From positions 312,589-376,588 of the forward strand of contig CAVSHB010000004.1 in assembly GCA_963727775.1 (NCBI GenBank): a DNA stretch of 64,000 nt. The letters run 5' to 3'. How positions within the stretch are numbered: the stretch's first letter is position 1; every line of letters begins with the position of its first letter. Position numbers and translations under genes: made by a program. Below, in pieces: positions 31,735-42,264 of this stretch. This DNA comes from an uncultured Nitrospiraceae bacterium (GTDB taxonomy: Bacteria; Nitrospirota; Thermodesulfovibrionia; Thermodesulfovibrionales; SM23-35). The notes beneath the pieces are model-generated. The model ran no database searches and had not been told where the DNA came from. It saw only the letters and a list, made by a program, of their open reading frames with translations.

Positions 31735-32136
31735 CTATTGCGGTATCTGTGGCGCTTGCTGCGTTTGCGGCGCTTGCTGTAATGGTTTTTGAGGCGCCTG
31801 CTGTTTAGTAGGCTGCAGCGGCTGCGAGCCTGTTCCCTGAACAGGACCGGACGGTATCGGCATTGCTTTCTGTCCCTGCGTTACAGGGACCCTTCTAACA
31901 ACGGAACCGCCTTTTGTAGTAACGACCGCCAGCAAGAGAGAGGTCAACATAAATCCGATTGCCGCGAACGTCGTCATTTTGCTGAGAAAAGTTGCGGCCC
32001 CACGGCTCCCAAAAAGTGTCTGGCTCGAACCTCCGAAGGCAGCGCCCATTTCCGCGCCCTTCCCGCTCTGCAGGAGCACTACAGCAATTAGAAAAAGTGA
32101 TACAATGATATGAACGATTGTTATAAGTATTGTCAT
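31735..32136 (-). CDS. secG: Preprotein translocase subunit SecG
   Basis: VLLQSGKGAEMGAAFGG...FGSRGA; Gln/Pro-rich tail; downstream of tpiA. Confidence 0.95.
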   Translation of the reverse strand: MTILITIVHIIVSLFLIAVVLLQSGKGAEMGAAFGGSSQTLFGSRGAATFLSKMTTFAAIGFMLTSLLLAVVTTKGGSVVRRVPVTQGQKAMPIPSGPVQGTGSQPLQPTKQQAPQKPLQQAPQTQQAPQIPQ

Positions 32137-32882
32137 TTACCCGTCCTGAATTTAACTATTTTTGTAAAACTATCAACCTTCAGGCTTGCGCCTCCGACCA
32201 ATGCGCCGTCTACATCCTTGCAAGCCATAAGTGAATCAACATTCTCCGGCGTCACACTGCCGCCATATAGTATACACAATTCATCAGCCCTATTTCCATA
32301 TAAAACTCTCAGTTTCTCTCTGATATATGCATGCGCTTCCTGTGCCTGTTCGGTAGTAGCGGTCTTTCCTGTACCTATAGCCCATATCGGCTCATATGCG
32401 ATTACCAGGTCCCGGCAGTCGAGCCCTTCAAGCCCTTTTTCAATCTCCCTCTGCAATATCTCAAAAGCCTTGCCCGCCTCCCTCTCAGATGACGATTCAC
32501 CGATGCAGAAGATGACCCCGAGACCGGCCTTTTGGGCGGCACTGATTTTCCTGTTCATAAGATCGTCTGTTTCATCGAAATATTGCCTTCTCTCGGAATG
32601 ACCTATAATGACAAATTTACATCCGATGTCTACGAGCATCAGAGGAGAAATCTCTCCTGTATACGCGCCTTTCTCTTCATAGAACATATTCTGCGCGGAA
32701 AGAATGATATTGGTGCCCTTAAGCTCCGTTGCCGCGGATGCCAATGAAGTGAAAGGCGGCGCGATAACGATCGTAACATCAGACTTGTCTTTTACTTCAG
32801 GAATAAACGCCGACAAAAACTCCCGAGTTTCACGTATCGTCTTGTTCATCTTCCAGTTCGCTGCTATAAAAGGTTTTCTCAT
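32133..32882 (-). CDS. tpiA: Triosephosphate isomerase
   Basis: ANWKM, GHSERR, AYEPIWAIGTG, YGGSV, LVGGAS. Confidence 0.98.
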   Translation of the reverse strand: MRKPFIAANWKMNKTIRETREFLSAFIPEVKDKSDVTIVIAPPFTSLASAATELKGTNIILSAQNMFYEEKGAYTGEISPLMLVDIGCKFVIIGHSERRQYFDETDDLMNRKISAAQKAGLGVIFCIGESSSEREAGKAFEILQREIEKGLEGLDCRDLVIAYEPIWAIGTGKTATTEQAQEAHAYIREKLRVLYGNRADELCILYGGSVTPENVDSLMACKDVDGALVGGASLKVDSFTKIVKFRTGK

Positions 32883-33020
32883 GGTCATACTTTAATTGCT
32901 GGTTCATCTCTTGTCAAGCATGTCTTTGGTCAGAACATATCCGGGCACTTTAAAAAATTTTGCGTTACAAGTAAAATACCAACTGTTTTATAATCCTGAT
33001 AAAAAACATAAGGAGGGAAT

Positions 33021-34379
33021 GTGAACAGACAGATCATATTAAATGAAAAGGATATACCAAAGCAGTGGTACAATATCCAGGCCGATCTGCCGAATCCTGT
33101 ACCGCCGCCTCTCAACCCGGCGACAGGGCAGCCTATAACGCCTGATATGCTCGCACCGGTTTTTCCCATGAACCTGATCGAGCAAGAAGTGAGTACGGAA
33201 AGGTGGATCGACATCCCCGATAAGGTACTGGAGAAATATCTTATATGGAGACCTACCCCTCTGTGCAGGGCGCATTTCCTGGAGAAATTTCTCGATACAC
33301 CGGCCCACATATATTTCAAAAACGAAGGGGTGAGCCCTCCGGGAAGCCATAAGCCGAATACGGCGATAGCCCAGGCATATTACAATAAAGCTTTCGGCAT
33401 AAAGAGGCTCGCAACTGAAACAGGCGCGGGCCAATGGGGGAGCGCTCTCTCTTTTGCATGCCAACAATTCGGTCTGGAACTGAAGGTATATATGGTCAGG
33501 ATAAGTTACAACCAAAAACCTTACAGGAGACTCATGATGGAGACCTGGGGTTCAAAATGCGTACCGAGCCCGAGTCCTGATACCAATGCCGGCAGAAAAT
33601 TTCTTGAACAGGACCCCGAGCATCCGGGAAGTTTAGGCATAGCCATCAGCGAGGCCATAGAAGACGCCGTAACAACAAAGGACTCAAGATACTCTCTAGG
33701 AAGCGTTTTAAATCATGTGCTCCTCCATCAGACAATACTCGGCCTTGAAGCGCACAAACAGCTTGAGTCTGTTGGAGAATATCCTGACATCGTAATAGGA
33801 TGCGCGGGCGGCGGCAGCAACTTTGGAGGACTCGCCCTTCCCTTTGTGAGGGACAAGATTCACGGGAAACAGATCAAGATCATTGCCGCTGAACCGTCAT
33901 CCTGCCCTTCTTTGACAAAGGGGTCCTATATATATGATTTCGGTGATACAGCCGAGACCACGCCGTTGCTGGCCATGTGCACCCTCGGACACAAGTTCAT
34001 CCCCGCGCCGATTCATGCCGGCGGTCTCAGATATCATGGAATGTCGCCAATCGTATCAAGACTACTGATGGACAAACTGATAGAGGCAAAGGCTTATACA
34101 CAGCTTGAAACCTTTTCCGCTGGAGTGACCTTTGCGAGAACGGAAGGTTTCATCCCGGCCCCTGAAACAAACCATGCTATTGCGTGTGTTATTGAAGAGG
34201 CAAAAAAAGCAAAAGAAGAAGGCAAGGAAAAAGTAATTCTCATGAACTGGAGCGGACACGGTATCATAGACCTTGCGGCCTATGACGCATATTTCTCCGG
34301 CAAGCTTGAAGATTATGTCCTGCCGGATGATGAAATACAGAAGCTTTTAAAAGACCTGGATAAATACCCAAGACCGTAA
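33021..34379 (+). CDS. trpB2: TrpB-like PLP enzyme (TrpB2)
   Basis: [30 protein letters not shown]; stand-alone gene. Confidence 0.92.
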   Translation: MNRQIILNEKDIPKQWYNIQADLPNPVPPPLNPATGQPITPDMLAPVFPMNLIEQEVSTERWIDIPDKVLEKYLIWRPTPLCRAHFLEKFLDTPAHIYFKNEGVSPPGSHKPNTAIAQAYYNKAFGIKRLATETGAGQWGSALSFACQQFGLELKVYMVRISYNQKPYRRLMMETWGSKCVPSPSPDTNAGRKFLEQDPEHPGSLGIAISEAIEDAVTTKDSRYSLGSVLNHVLLHQTILGLEAHKQLESVGEYPDIVIGCAGGGSNFGGLALPFVRDKIHGKQIKIIAAEPSSCPSLTKGSYIYDFGDTAETTPLLAMCTLGHKFIPAPIHAGGLRYHGMSPIVSRLLMDKLIEAKAYTQLETFSAGVTFARTEGFIPAPETNHAIACVIEEAKKAKEEGKEKVILMNWSGHGIIDLAAYDAYFSGKLEDYVLPDDEIQKLLKDLDKYPRP

Positions 34380-34386
34380 AGTCTCA

Positions 34387-34413
34387 ATAAGGGGGGATTT
34401 ATTCCCCCCTTAT
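34387..34413 (+). terminator. Intrinsic terminator hairpin
   Basis: ATAAGGGGGG...TCCCCCTTAT immediately after the trpB2 stop. Confidence 0.65.
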
Positions 34414-34514
34414 CTCACCCTTCTCTCTTGCGAAAACATTGTTTGCGAATTCATGAGCGGCCTCATTTCCTCATTCCCTTGCGAAAAAAAAGGGTCCGAA
34501 GGATGGAGATATTA

Positions 34515-34595
34515 TTACCTTTTAGTCAATATCCTGATGATGATATAAACTGAAAACATAATTGCCACCGCAATTATAAAAGTCTTGATTTCCAT
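34515..34595 (-). CDS. Small 26-aa single-TM peptide (MEIKTFIIAVAIMFSVYIIIRILTKR)
   Basis: SD GAGGT 4 nt before ATG; hydrophobic core and basic C-terminus. Too short for the ORF track. Confidence 0.45.
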   Translation of the reverse strand: MEIKTFIIAVAIMFSVYIIIRILTKR

Positions 34596-34663
34596 TTCTA
34601 CCTCTGGAGCTGCCGATAATTTGCTGAACTCTCTTATTTTATCATATGTGCTATTCTATAAAC

Positions 34664-34891
34664 ATGGACATCTACTGCCCCCAGTTGGGGATGCTAATCG
34701 AATTTTCTTATTGTACTTCGATGAATGAAGGGCTGCCTTGCAGGAATATTATCGGCTGCTGGAAAGAGAGGACTGACATCACCGTGTTTCTGAAAGCTAA
34801 TTATTCAGACGAGGAATTAAAGAAGGTCTTCTGCAGGCCCGCAAAATCAAGGTTAGACCGCATCGTCGAATCCATAAAAGAAACTGACTGA
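34664..34891 (+). CDS. Small Cys-containing hypothetical protein
   Basis: YCPQLG..F.YC...LPC....CW pattern; extended -10 box 6 nt upstream of the ATG. Confidence 0.6.
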   Translation: MDIYCPQLGMLIEFSYCTSMNEGLPCRNIIGCWKERTDITVFLKANYSDEELKKVFCRPAKSRLDRIVESIKETD

Positions 34892-35040
34892 GCATCCTTT
34901 TCATAAACACCTTCTTCCTTTCCTGCATATCTTTTGTTATCCGGACGGCTCTATGAACAGGCGCATTTCGCTGCTTTGTCCGGTTGACTTCTGTAAAAGA
35001 AAACGGTACTCTCAAATAATGCAGAGCTGGAGGGATTGAC

Positions 35041-36348
35041 ATGAATCTGATAAATAAAATCAAACATCGCAGTGCTTCGGTGGGCGTTATCGGCCTCGGT
35101 TATGTCGGGTTGCCATTGGTTATCGCGTTCGGAAACGCGGGGTTTCGTGTAACCGGGTTTGACCTCGATGAGGAGAAGGTCAAGGTGCTCAATAACGGCG
35201 GATCGTATTTAAAGCATATTTCTTCCGAACGGATAAAGACACTGAAAGAAAATGATAATTTTCATGCGACTACCGACTTTTCCTTGCTGGAAGATATGGA
35301 CTGTATCATTATTTGCGTTCCGACTCCTCTGACAAAACATAGAGAACCCGATCTTTCCTTTATATTGAAAACTTCCGATACCGTCGCAAAACATCTGAGG
35401 AAAGGCCAGCTCATCGTTCTTGAATCTACAACATATCCAGGGACCACCGATGAAAATGTGAAAGCGATCCTTGAAACAAAAGAGATGAAGGCGGGAAGGG
35501 ATTTCTTTCTCGCATATTCTCCAGAGAGAGAAGATCCCAATAACAAACATTTTTCCGTAACAAATATACCCAAGATAGTCGGAGGTTATACTAAAAAATG
35601 CCTGGAACTCGCAGAGACTCTCTATGGGGGCATAGTTGAAAAAACCGTGCCTGTATCGTCTACAAAAACAGCAGAGGCGGCGAAACTTCTCGAGAACATA
35701 TACAGGGCTGTAAACATCGCATTGGTAAATGAGCTGAAGATCCTTTTTGACAGGATGGATATAGATGTGTGGGAGGTAATTGAGGCGGCAAAGACAAAGC
35801 CTTTCGGATTCCAGGCGTTCTATCCCGGGCCCGGTCTGGGCGGGCACTGCATACCAATAGACCCTTTCTACCTCGCATGGAAGGCGCATGAGTACGATTT
35901 TCATACAAAATTCATCGAACTGGCCGGGGACATCAATACCTCAATGCCCTATTATGTGGTAGACAAGATCGCCGAAGCTCTTAACAAAAAAGGAAAGGCG
36001 ATAAACTTTTCCAGGATTCTTGTTTTGGGACTTGCCTATAAAAAGGACGTCGATGACATAAGAGAGTCTCCGTCTTTGAAGCTCATAGAACTCCTTACGG
36101 GAAAAGGCGCTCACGTTGACTATAATGATCCTTATATACCGAAAACACGTAAAATGCGCATGTATGATTTAAAGAAAAGCTCTGTTCCCTTAACTGAGAA
36201 AACCCTCGGGGATTATGATTGTGTTCTTATTGCAACTGATCATTCCTGCTACGACTATGAGTTCATTGTAAAAAATTCATTATTGGTCGTAGATACCCGC
36301 AACGCAACCAAGGGGATCAAAGGTAATGGAAAAGTGCTGAAGGCATAA
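35041..36348 (+). CDS. Nucleotide-sugar dehydrogenase (UDP-GlcNAc 6-dehydrogenase, WbpA-like)
   Basis: GLGYVGLP, CVPTP, ESTTYPGTT, SPEREDP, GGHCIPIDP. Confidence 0.92.
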   Translation: MNLINKIKHRSASVGVIGLGYVGLPLVIAFGNAGFRVTGFDLDEEKVKVLNNGGSYLKHISSERIKTLKENDNFHATTDFSLLEDMDCIIICVPTPLTKHREPDLSFILKTSDTVAKHLRKGQLIVLESTTYPGTTDENVKAILETKEMKAGRDFFLAYSPEREDPNNKHFSVTNIPKIVGGYTKKCLELAETLYGGIVEKTVPVSSTKTAEAAKLLENIYRAVNIALVNELKILFDRMDIDVWEVIEAAKTKPFGFQAFYPGPGLGGHCIPIDPFYLAWKAHEYDFHTKFIELAGDINTSMPYYVVDKIAEALNKKGKAINFSRILVLGLAYKKDVDDIRESPSLKLIELLTGKGAHVDYNDPYIPKTRKMRMYDLKKSSVPLTEKTLGDYDCVLIATDHSCYDYEFIVKNSLLVVDTRNATKGIKGNGKVLKA

Positions 36349-36388
36349 ATTAATTTTCCTCTTTCATATTCATGTTGTAATTCTTTTT

Positions 36389-36599
36389 TTATTGCCGCCG
36401 TTCAGAATATTCCTTGGCTTTTCTATAGATATCTTCGACAGTCATTCCGGCAAAAAGTTCGTCTTGTAATTTCACATAATCTCTCTTTTCATAGGCGACC
36501 TGAGAAAGAAAGCGGATAGCGTCCACCTCTCCAAGGGTCTTAAAGAGAGCTGCCAGTCCCTTTTTTTTTGATTTCCATATCACTTGCCATCTCAGCCAT
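36389..36599 (-). pseudogene. Putative antitoxin partner of the PIN protein, frameshifted in an A9 tract
   Basis: SD GGAGG plus ATG at 36599 is one base out of frame with GLAALFKTLGEVDAIRF..DY; deleting one A at 36561-36569 restores it. Confidence 0.55.
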
Positions 36600-36604
36600 A
36601 TTAT

Positions 36605-37010
36605 CTATACCTCCATTTCCTCGACAAACATAACAGGGTTAATCACCTTGATATTTATATTTCTCGCTCTCTTTATTAGTTTATCATCACAAGTCAAAAA
36701 ATAGTCAGCGCCACCTTTTAGAGCGCAGACAAGATGCAATGCATCACGTGGTTTAACGCCCTGTTTTTCAAAAGCCTGCGCGGAAGCAAGAATGGTCTCA
36801 TCAGGTCTTATTGTATAATGGGCAAGGACAGCTACTTGTTTAATTTCCTGCCGGATGTCGGTATTAGGATTGAGACTGTTTTCATAATCGAGCATAAATG
36901 ACCAAAGAAGCTGAAGACCACCTTCTTTAACTCTCTGCAATATCGAAAAAGCAGCTATCGTTTCAAGCCGTATCCTGACTTGTGCCTGGTCGTCGAACGG
37001 CCTGTTTCTG
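36605..37010 (-). pseudogene. PIN-domain protein lacking its N-terminus
   Basis: NRPFDDQ.Q.RIRLE, DALHL.CA, FLTCDD. The expected N-terminal YLD segment is replaced by restriction-modification (R-M) gene sequence. Confidence 0.65.
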
Positions 37011-37820
37011 TTTGAACAGTTTTTCATTGTGAACTTCCTTGAAGGCAAATTCATTGTTTGTATAGAACTTGAGCGCCTTCAGCATGGCTGTCATCTTGTC
37101 TTTGGCTATTGCCTTCTTGTGATATCTGAAGGCCTTTTCTACATAGTCGTTTTCGAAATAAATGATCTCCTCTTTGAGGTATTCCCTCATGCCGACTTGA
37201 TAGAGTTTTTGCAGGCGGTCCTGTAGGTCTTCGTAATTGTCTATCCCCTCTTTCCACTGGAAATCCACAACATCGTTTGATTCCTTGCTCTCATCTACAA
37301 CCTTGCAAATGGCGTTCTCATATTTAATGCTGTTGTTCAGAACTGCAGAGGAATAAAGACAAAGATATTTAGTATTACGATCTTGCTGCAGATAGCTAAA
37401 AAGCTGTCCTCCGTTAGCCTGCATTCTGGTTTTGCCCTTTTCGTATTCCTGTCCCCACGTCTTGCATTCAATAATTAAAATGGTGTTGCCGTCACTGCCT
37501 TTGATTGTAATGTCAGCTTTGCCACCCTTTTGAGTACGGCCAAGTGCCCATTTCTTTTCAAGGTGCAGATCTTCTGGTCGATAGCCTTTTTTTAGGAGGC
37601 GATCAACACATTCAAGAACGACAAAATTCTCAGGATGGGAAAAATGAGTTGAAGTTTCATCACCTATTTGAATTGACTGAGGATAAAGAATTTTCTTTTT
37701 TTGAAAATCGACACTGATAGCACAACCGTGCTCTTTATATTCCCTGACAAAAATGTCCCTTGAGCTTTCCTGTTGAAAACCGAGCAATTGAATCAGGTTG
37801 AGAATTTCTTGTTCTCGCAT
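36963..37820 (-). pseudogene. Truncated restriction-modification gene (HsdR N-terminal/type IIG-like nuclease domain)
   Basis: ENFVVLECVDRLL.KGY.P, ADI...IIECKTWG (PD-(D/E)xK), GGQLFSY. Ends before any methylase motif. Confidence 0.65.
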
Positions 37821-37919
37821 GGAACTAAGGGAATTATAAAGAAAATGAGAACGAATAATCCAGTCTCCGAAGACCTCGGAATGGGTCAATCAAAGAACCT
37901 TCCAGGTTTTCCAAAACCC

Positions 37920-38609
37920 TTAAGAGATCCCGCCGTCGACCATCCTGAGGCTTCTGTGACAACGGTTCGACAAAGATTCGTTGTGGGTAACAATGATAAA
38001 TGTGATTTGTTTATCTCTATTCAGATCAACAAAGATATTAAAAAGTTCTTCTCCGGTTTTTGTATCCAGGTTGCCTGTAGGTTCGTCCGCAAGGACTACT
38101 TTCGGTTCGAGTATCAGCGCCCTTGCAACCGCAACGCGCTGCTGTTCCCCGCCGGAAAGCTCGCCGGGCCTGTGTTTCTTCCTTTCGGACAGCCCCATCC
38201 CGTTGAGAAGATATTCCGCTTTATTCTTAATTTCCCCATAACTCAGCCCTTTGGACCCCTGCCCCTTTGTACCCATTCCGATGAGTCCCGGCATCATAAC
38301 ATTCTCCAAAGCGGAAAATTCGGGGAGAAGATGATGAAACTGAAACACAAAACCTATAGTTGTATTTCTGAAAGAAGCAAGTGAATTTCTGTCAAGTGAA
38401 AAAACGTCTGTGCCGCCGTAGAAAACATTGCCGGACGTTGGTTTGTCCAGCGCCCCGAGTATATGCAGCAGCGTGCTTTTCCCAACCCCCGACGCGCCTA
38501 TTATTCCGACCATTTCGCCTGCTTTTATCGATAGGTCTATACCCCTTAATACATGGATATCACCTGCGTCGGTACGAAATAATTTCTTAAGGTCTTTTAT
38601 TTCAATCAT
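37920..38609 (-). CDS. lolD: Lipoprotein-releasing ABC ATPase
   Basis: GASGVGKST, FVFQFHHLLPEF, LSGGEQQR, ADEPTGNLD; near lolE. Confidence 0.9.
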   Translation of the reverse strand: MIEIKDLKKLFRTDAGDIHVLRGIDLSIKAGEMVGIIGASGVGKSTLLHILGALDKPTSGNVFYGGTDVFSLDRNSLASFRNTTIGFVFQFHHLLPEFSALENVMMPGLIGMGTKGQGSKGLSYGEIKNKAEYLLNGMGLSERKKHRPGELSGGEQQRVAVARALILEPKVVLADEPTGNLDTKTGEELFNIFVDLNRDKQITFIIVTHNESLSNRCHRSLRMVDGGIS

Positions 38610-38672
38610 ATCCCTTAACCTAAAAAATACATTCGAAATAATGCAGGTATTGTGACGGCTGTGTTATTTGTA

Positions 38673-38969
38673 TCAATGGGATTTCTCTTCCTTTTCTTTT
38701 GATCCGGTAATATCCTTTATTTTTTCACCGGTCTTCCTGATGCCTTCGCTCACTTTCGTTGTCGTATCTTTTATGTCTTCTGTCTTCTCTTTTATCCTGT
38801 CCGCCTCTTTACCTAATTCTTCGCTCTTCTTTTTGGCGACTTCTCCCGCCTGTTCCGATTTCTTTCCCAGCCATCTGAAGGGCTTTCCTCCCTGCCAGAA
38901 TGAAAGGACGAGAAAAATAATTGCCGCAATGACGGCAAGGCCGATTAATTTTCTAATAAGCCTGAACAT
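38673..38969 (-). CDS. Small membrane-anchored charged helical protein
   Basis: N-terminal TM helix, Lys/Glu-rich amphipathic tail; co-oriented between lolE and lolD. Confidence 0.65.
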   Translation of the reverse strand: MFRLIRKLIGLAVIAAIIFLVLSFWQGGKPFRWLGKKSEQAGEVAKKKSEELGKEADRIKEKTEDIKDTTTKVSEGIRKTGEKIKDITGSKEKEEKSH

Positions 38970-38992
38970 TGTTTGTTAATTCTTCCACTACC

Positions 38993-40222
38993 CTACTCAT
39001 AACGCAGCGGCTCCACCGGATTGAGTTTTGCCGCCTGCCATGAGGGGTAAATAGTAGCAAGGAAACTAATTGTGATAGCAGAAAAAGACACAGTCAGGAA
39101 ATCAGAGAACTTTGTCTTAACCGGCAAGTGGCTCAGATAATAAACATCGGCGGGAAGTTTAATGATCTCATAAGTATTAAGGATATAGCATAACAGGTAG
39201 CCGCCGGTCACTCCGATTATAGTGCCTAAGACCCCGATCAGTAAACCCTGCATCATGAAAATCGCCATTATGCCCTTGTCGGTTGCGCCCATCGCCTTTA
39301 AGATTGCGATCTCTCTTTTTTTCTCAATGACGTTCATTATCAACGTGCTCACTATATTGAATGACGCAACAAGGATTATAAGAATTAATATAATAAACAT
39401 GGCAAACTTTTCTAATTTCAGCGCGGAAAACAGGTTGCGGTTCATCTGCATCCAGTCCTTTGCATATAGAGGGAACCCTAATTTCTTCTGTATCCTCTCC
39501 CTGATTTCCGGCGCTTTATATATGTCCGCAAGCCGGAGTTGAATACCGGTGACATCCGCCTTCATGTCGAAAAATTCCTGCGCGGCACGGATGTCTGTGA
39601 TGACCAGGTTCGAGTCATACTCGAACATCCCGACTTCAAATATTCCGACCACTTTGAACTGTCTGATTTTCGGAAGCATTCCCAAAGGGCCTATCTTTCC
39701 GACAGGAGACAAAATACTGATGATATCCCCCTTGAAAGCTCCTATACTGCCCGCAAGTTCCTTCCCTATGATGATGCCAGGCATTTTATCTTCCGCTGAA
39801 AGCTGATCAAGCCTGCCTTCTTTGACGTACTTTCCCAAATCCGTCGTCTTCGTCTCCAAGCCGGCGTCTATGCCCCTTAAAAAAACGCCGTGCGCCCTTT
39901 TGCCGAAAGACACCATTACCTGCCCCATTACAAAAGGCGCGGTCGATAATACATCCTTGTCCTCCTTCAAACTCCCGATCACATCTTTGTAATCCGACAT
40001 TGTGCCCCTGTAACTGAGGACAACCATATGGGCATTGACCCCGAGTATCTTCCTCTGGAGGTCCTCATGAAATCCGCTCATCACGGACAGGACAACCAAC
40101 AGCGCCATGACTCCGACTGCAACGCCACCGGTTGATATTAGGGTATTTACTGAAATTCCCTTATGCTTTTTTTTGGTCTTAAGGTATCTGAGGGCTATGA
40201 ACAACTGATAGGGAAGGTTCAT
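38993..40222 (-). CDS. lolE: Lipoprotein-releasing ABC permease LolC/E
   Basis: GVAVGV.AL.VVLSVMSGF, EIAILKAMGA, ATIYP..AA...PVE.LRYE. Confidence 0.9.
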   Translation of the reverse strand: MNLPYQLFIALRYLKTKKKHKGISVNTLISTGGVAVGVMALLVVLSVMSGFHEDLQRKILGVNAHMVVLSYRGTMSDYKDVIGSLKEDKDVLSTAPFVMGQVMVSFGKRAHGVFLRGIDAGLETKTTDLGKYVKEGRLDQLSAEDKMPGIIIGKELAGSIGAFKGDIISILSPVGKIGPLGMLPKIRQFKVVGIFEVGMFEYDSNLVITDIRAAQEFFDMKADVTGIQLRLADIYKAPEIRERIQKKLGFPLYAKDWMQMNRNLFSALKLEKFAMFIILILIILVASFNIVSTLIMNVIEKKREIAILKAMGATDKGIMAIFMMQGLLIGVLGTIIGVTGGYLLCYILNTYEIIKLPADVYYLSHLPVKTKFSDFLTVSFSAITISFLATIYPSWQAAKLNPVEPLRYE

Positions 40223-40276
40223 TCTATTTGAAGATTGAATATTGGATTTTCAAACAATGTCTGCAATATTCAATAC

Positions 40277-41752
40277 CTATTGTTCCGGCTTTAATTGCGG
40301 GAACAGTATTACATCTCTGATAGATTGGGAGTTGGTCAGCAGCATCACGAGTCTATCTATGCCGATACCTTCACCTGCAGCAGGCGGCATGCCGTATTCC
40401 AGCGCCCTGACAAAATCCTCATCCATATTATGCGCTTCCTCATCGCCCATCTCTTTTGCCTCAACCTGTTTCAGAAACCTCTGCCTTTGGTCCATAGGGT
40501 CATTGAGTTCCGAGAACGCGTTTGCAATCTCCCTTGCTGATATAAACAATTCAAACCTTTCCACCAACGACGGGTTATCGGGCTTCCTCTTGGCCAGGGG
40601 TGAAAGTTCAACGGGATGGTCGATAATGAAAGTAGGCTGAATAAGTCCAGGCTCAACCTTCTCTTTAAATATCTCATCAATAATCTTTCCAAGGGTTGCA
40701 CCTGCTTCAATATGAATATCATTCGCTTCCGCCCATGCTCCAGCCTTTTCGCTGTTATCTAATATTTCCCCCGGGACTCCCTTCTGCTTTAGCGCATCGA
40801 GCATAGGCAGCCTCGGCCATGGAGGGGTAAGGTCTATCGTCAAGTCGCTATACGGCACCTTTAATGTCCCGAGTGTTCTTTCCGCGACATATGCAAAAAA
40901 TTCTTCGGTAAAAGACATGAGAAAATTATAGTCTCTGTAGGCAATATAAAATTCGAGCATCGAAAATTCAGGATTGTGCTTTGTCGATATGCCTTCATTC
41001 CTGAAATTCCTGTTGAGTTCATATATCCGCTCGTATCCGCCGACCAACAACCTTTTTAAATAAAGCTCCGGCGCAATCCTGAGATACAAATCAACATCAA
41101 GCGCATTGTGATAGGTCTTGAAAGGCCGCGCCGTTGCGCCTCCGGGAATCGGCTGCATCATGGGGGTCTCAACTTCTATGAAATCTTTCGATTCGAGAAA
41201 ATCCCTCATCGATTTAATGATAACGCTTCTTTGCACAAAGGTATGTCTGACCTCGGGATTGACGATCAGGTCCACGTATCTCTGTCTGTATCTTGTCTCG
41301 ATGTCCTTTAAGCCGTGCCATTTCTCGGGCAGCGGTCTAATGGACTTCGTAAGGATAACAAACTCTGTCACTTCTACGGTAAGTTCGTTTGTTTTGGTCC
41401 TGAAAACTCTGCCTTTCAAACCGACAATATCACCTATATCAAGTTTCTTCATGAGGAGATATTTCTCGCCGAGCACATCTTTCTTAAGATAGATCTGCAT
41501 CTTGCCGGTGCTGTCCTGAACATGAGCAAAAGCGGCCTTGCCGAAATTCCTCATGGCGACGATCCTGCCTGCTAAAGAGCACAGGACAGGTTCCGCCTCA
41601 AGCGTCTCTTTCGAAACAGGACCCAATTTTTCATGGAGTTCCAACGCATGGTCTTCCGCGTAAAACGCTCCGCCGAAAGGTTCGAACCCCGATTCGCGCA
41701 ACTCCTCAAGTTTTTTTATTCTCTGTTCAATTAATTCGTTTATTTCTTCCAT
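40277..41752 (-). CDS. lysS: Lysine--tRNA ligase (class II)
   Basis: PLPEKWHGL, RYRQRYVDL, YLRIAPELYLKRL, FRNEG, GIGIDRL. Confidence 0.98.
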   Translation of the reverse strand: MEEINELIEQRIKKLEELRESGFEPFGGAFYAEDHALELHEKLGPVSKETLEAEPVLCSLAGRIVAMRNFGKAAFAHVQDSTGKMQIYLKKDVLGEKYLLMKKLDIGDIVGLKGRVFRTKTNELTVEVTEFVILTKSIRPLPEKWHGLKDIETRYRQRYVDLIVNPEVRHTFVQRSVIIKSMRDFLESKDFIEVETPMMQPIPGGATARPFKTYHNALDVDLYLRIAPELYLKRLLVGGYERIYELNRNFRNEGISTKHNPEFSMLEFYIAYRDYNFLMSFTEEFFAYVAERTLGTLKVPYSDLTIDLTPPWPRLPMLDALKQKGVPGEILDNSEKAGAWAEANDIHIEAGATLGKIIDEIFKEKVEPGLIQPTFIIDHPVELSPLAKRKPDNPSLVERFELFISAREIANAFSELNDPMDQRQRFLKQVEAKEMGDEEAHNMDEDFVRALEYGMPPAAGEGIGIDRLVMLLTNSQSIRDVILFPQLKPEQ

Positions 41753-42264
41753 GAGCGCCGTACAAAAAGTTCAATCGATAATTCATCAAGTAATTTTGCA
41801 GTTTAAGAATTATAATGACTAACTTCCGGGTAAGTCAATTCAACCGTGATGTATCGAGATGGTAAAATCGGCATGGCAGAGCATGATCAACTGGATAATC
41901 TCATCTATGCGCACAAAAAAAATTTATGCGCGCGGAAGGCCGGATTACTATTCGGCTGGCTTAATCTTTACACCCATCCTAAGTTCATCTATCCATTTTT
42001 CTTAATTTTTTATTCAAACATTTGATCCAGTCCATTCGAACACCTTTTTTCGTATAGCAAAGCTGGACGTTTAAATCATACGTTTACTGTCCGGATTGAG
42101 TCAAGTTTGACTTGGGCTTTCTCATCGATTCTCCCTTCAAAGATATCCTATGTGCATTATGGACGATCCTGTCGCGGGGGAAAAAATAATCTGACAGCAC
42201 GACATTCTGTCGCTTCACAATATCCCTCCAGAATCTAAAATGCTCTGTGGTATCAATACAATAT

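Noticed and set aside
41850..42260. Possible small gene or ncRNA between lysS and the MFS gene, with GAC-N-GTC palindromes at 42162-42213
   Set aside because: The SD-led frame stops after 13 codons, and the palindromes cannot be assigned to a regulator from sequence alone.
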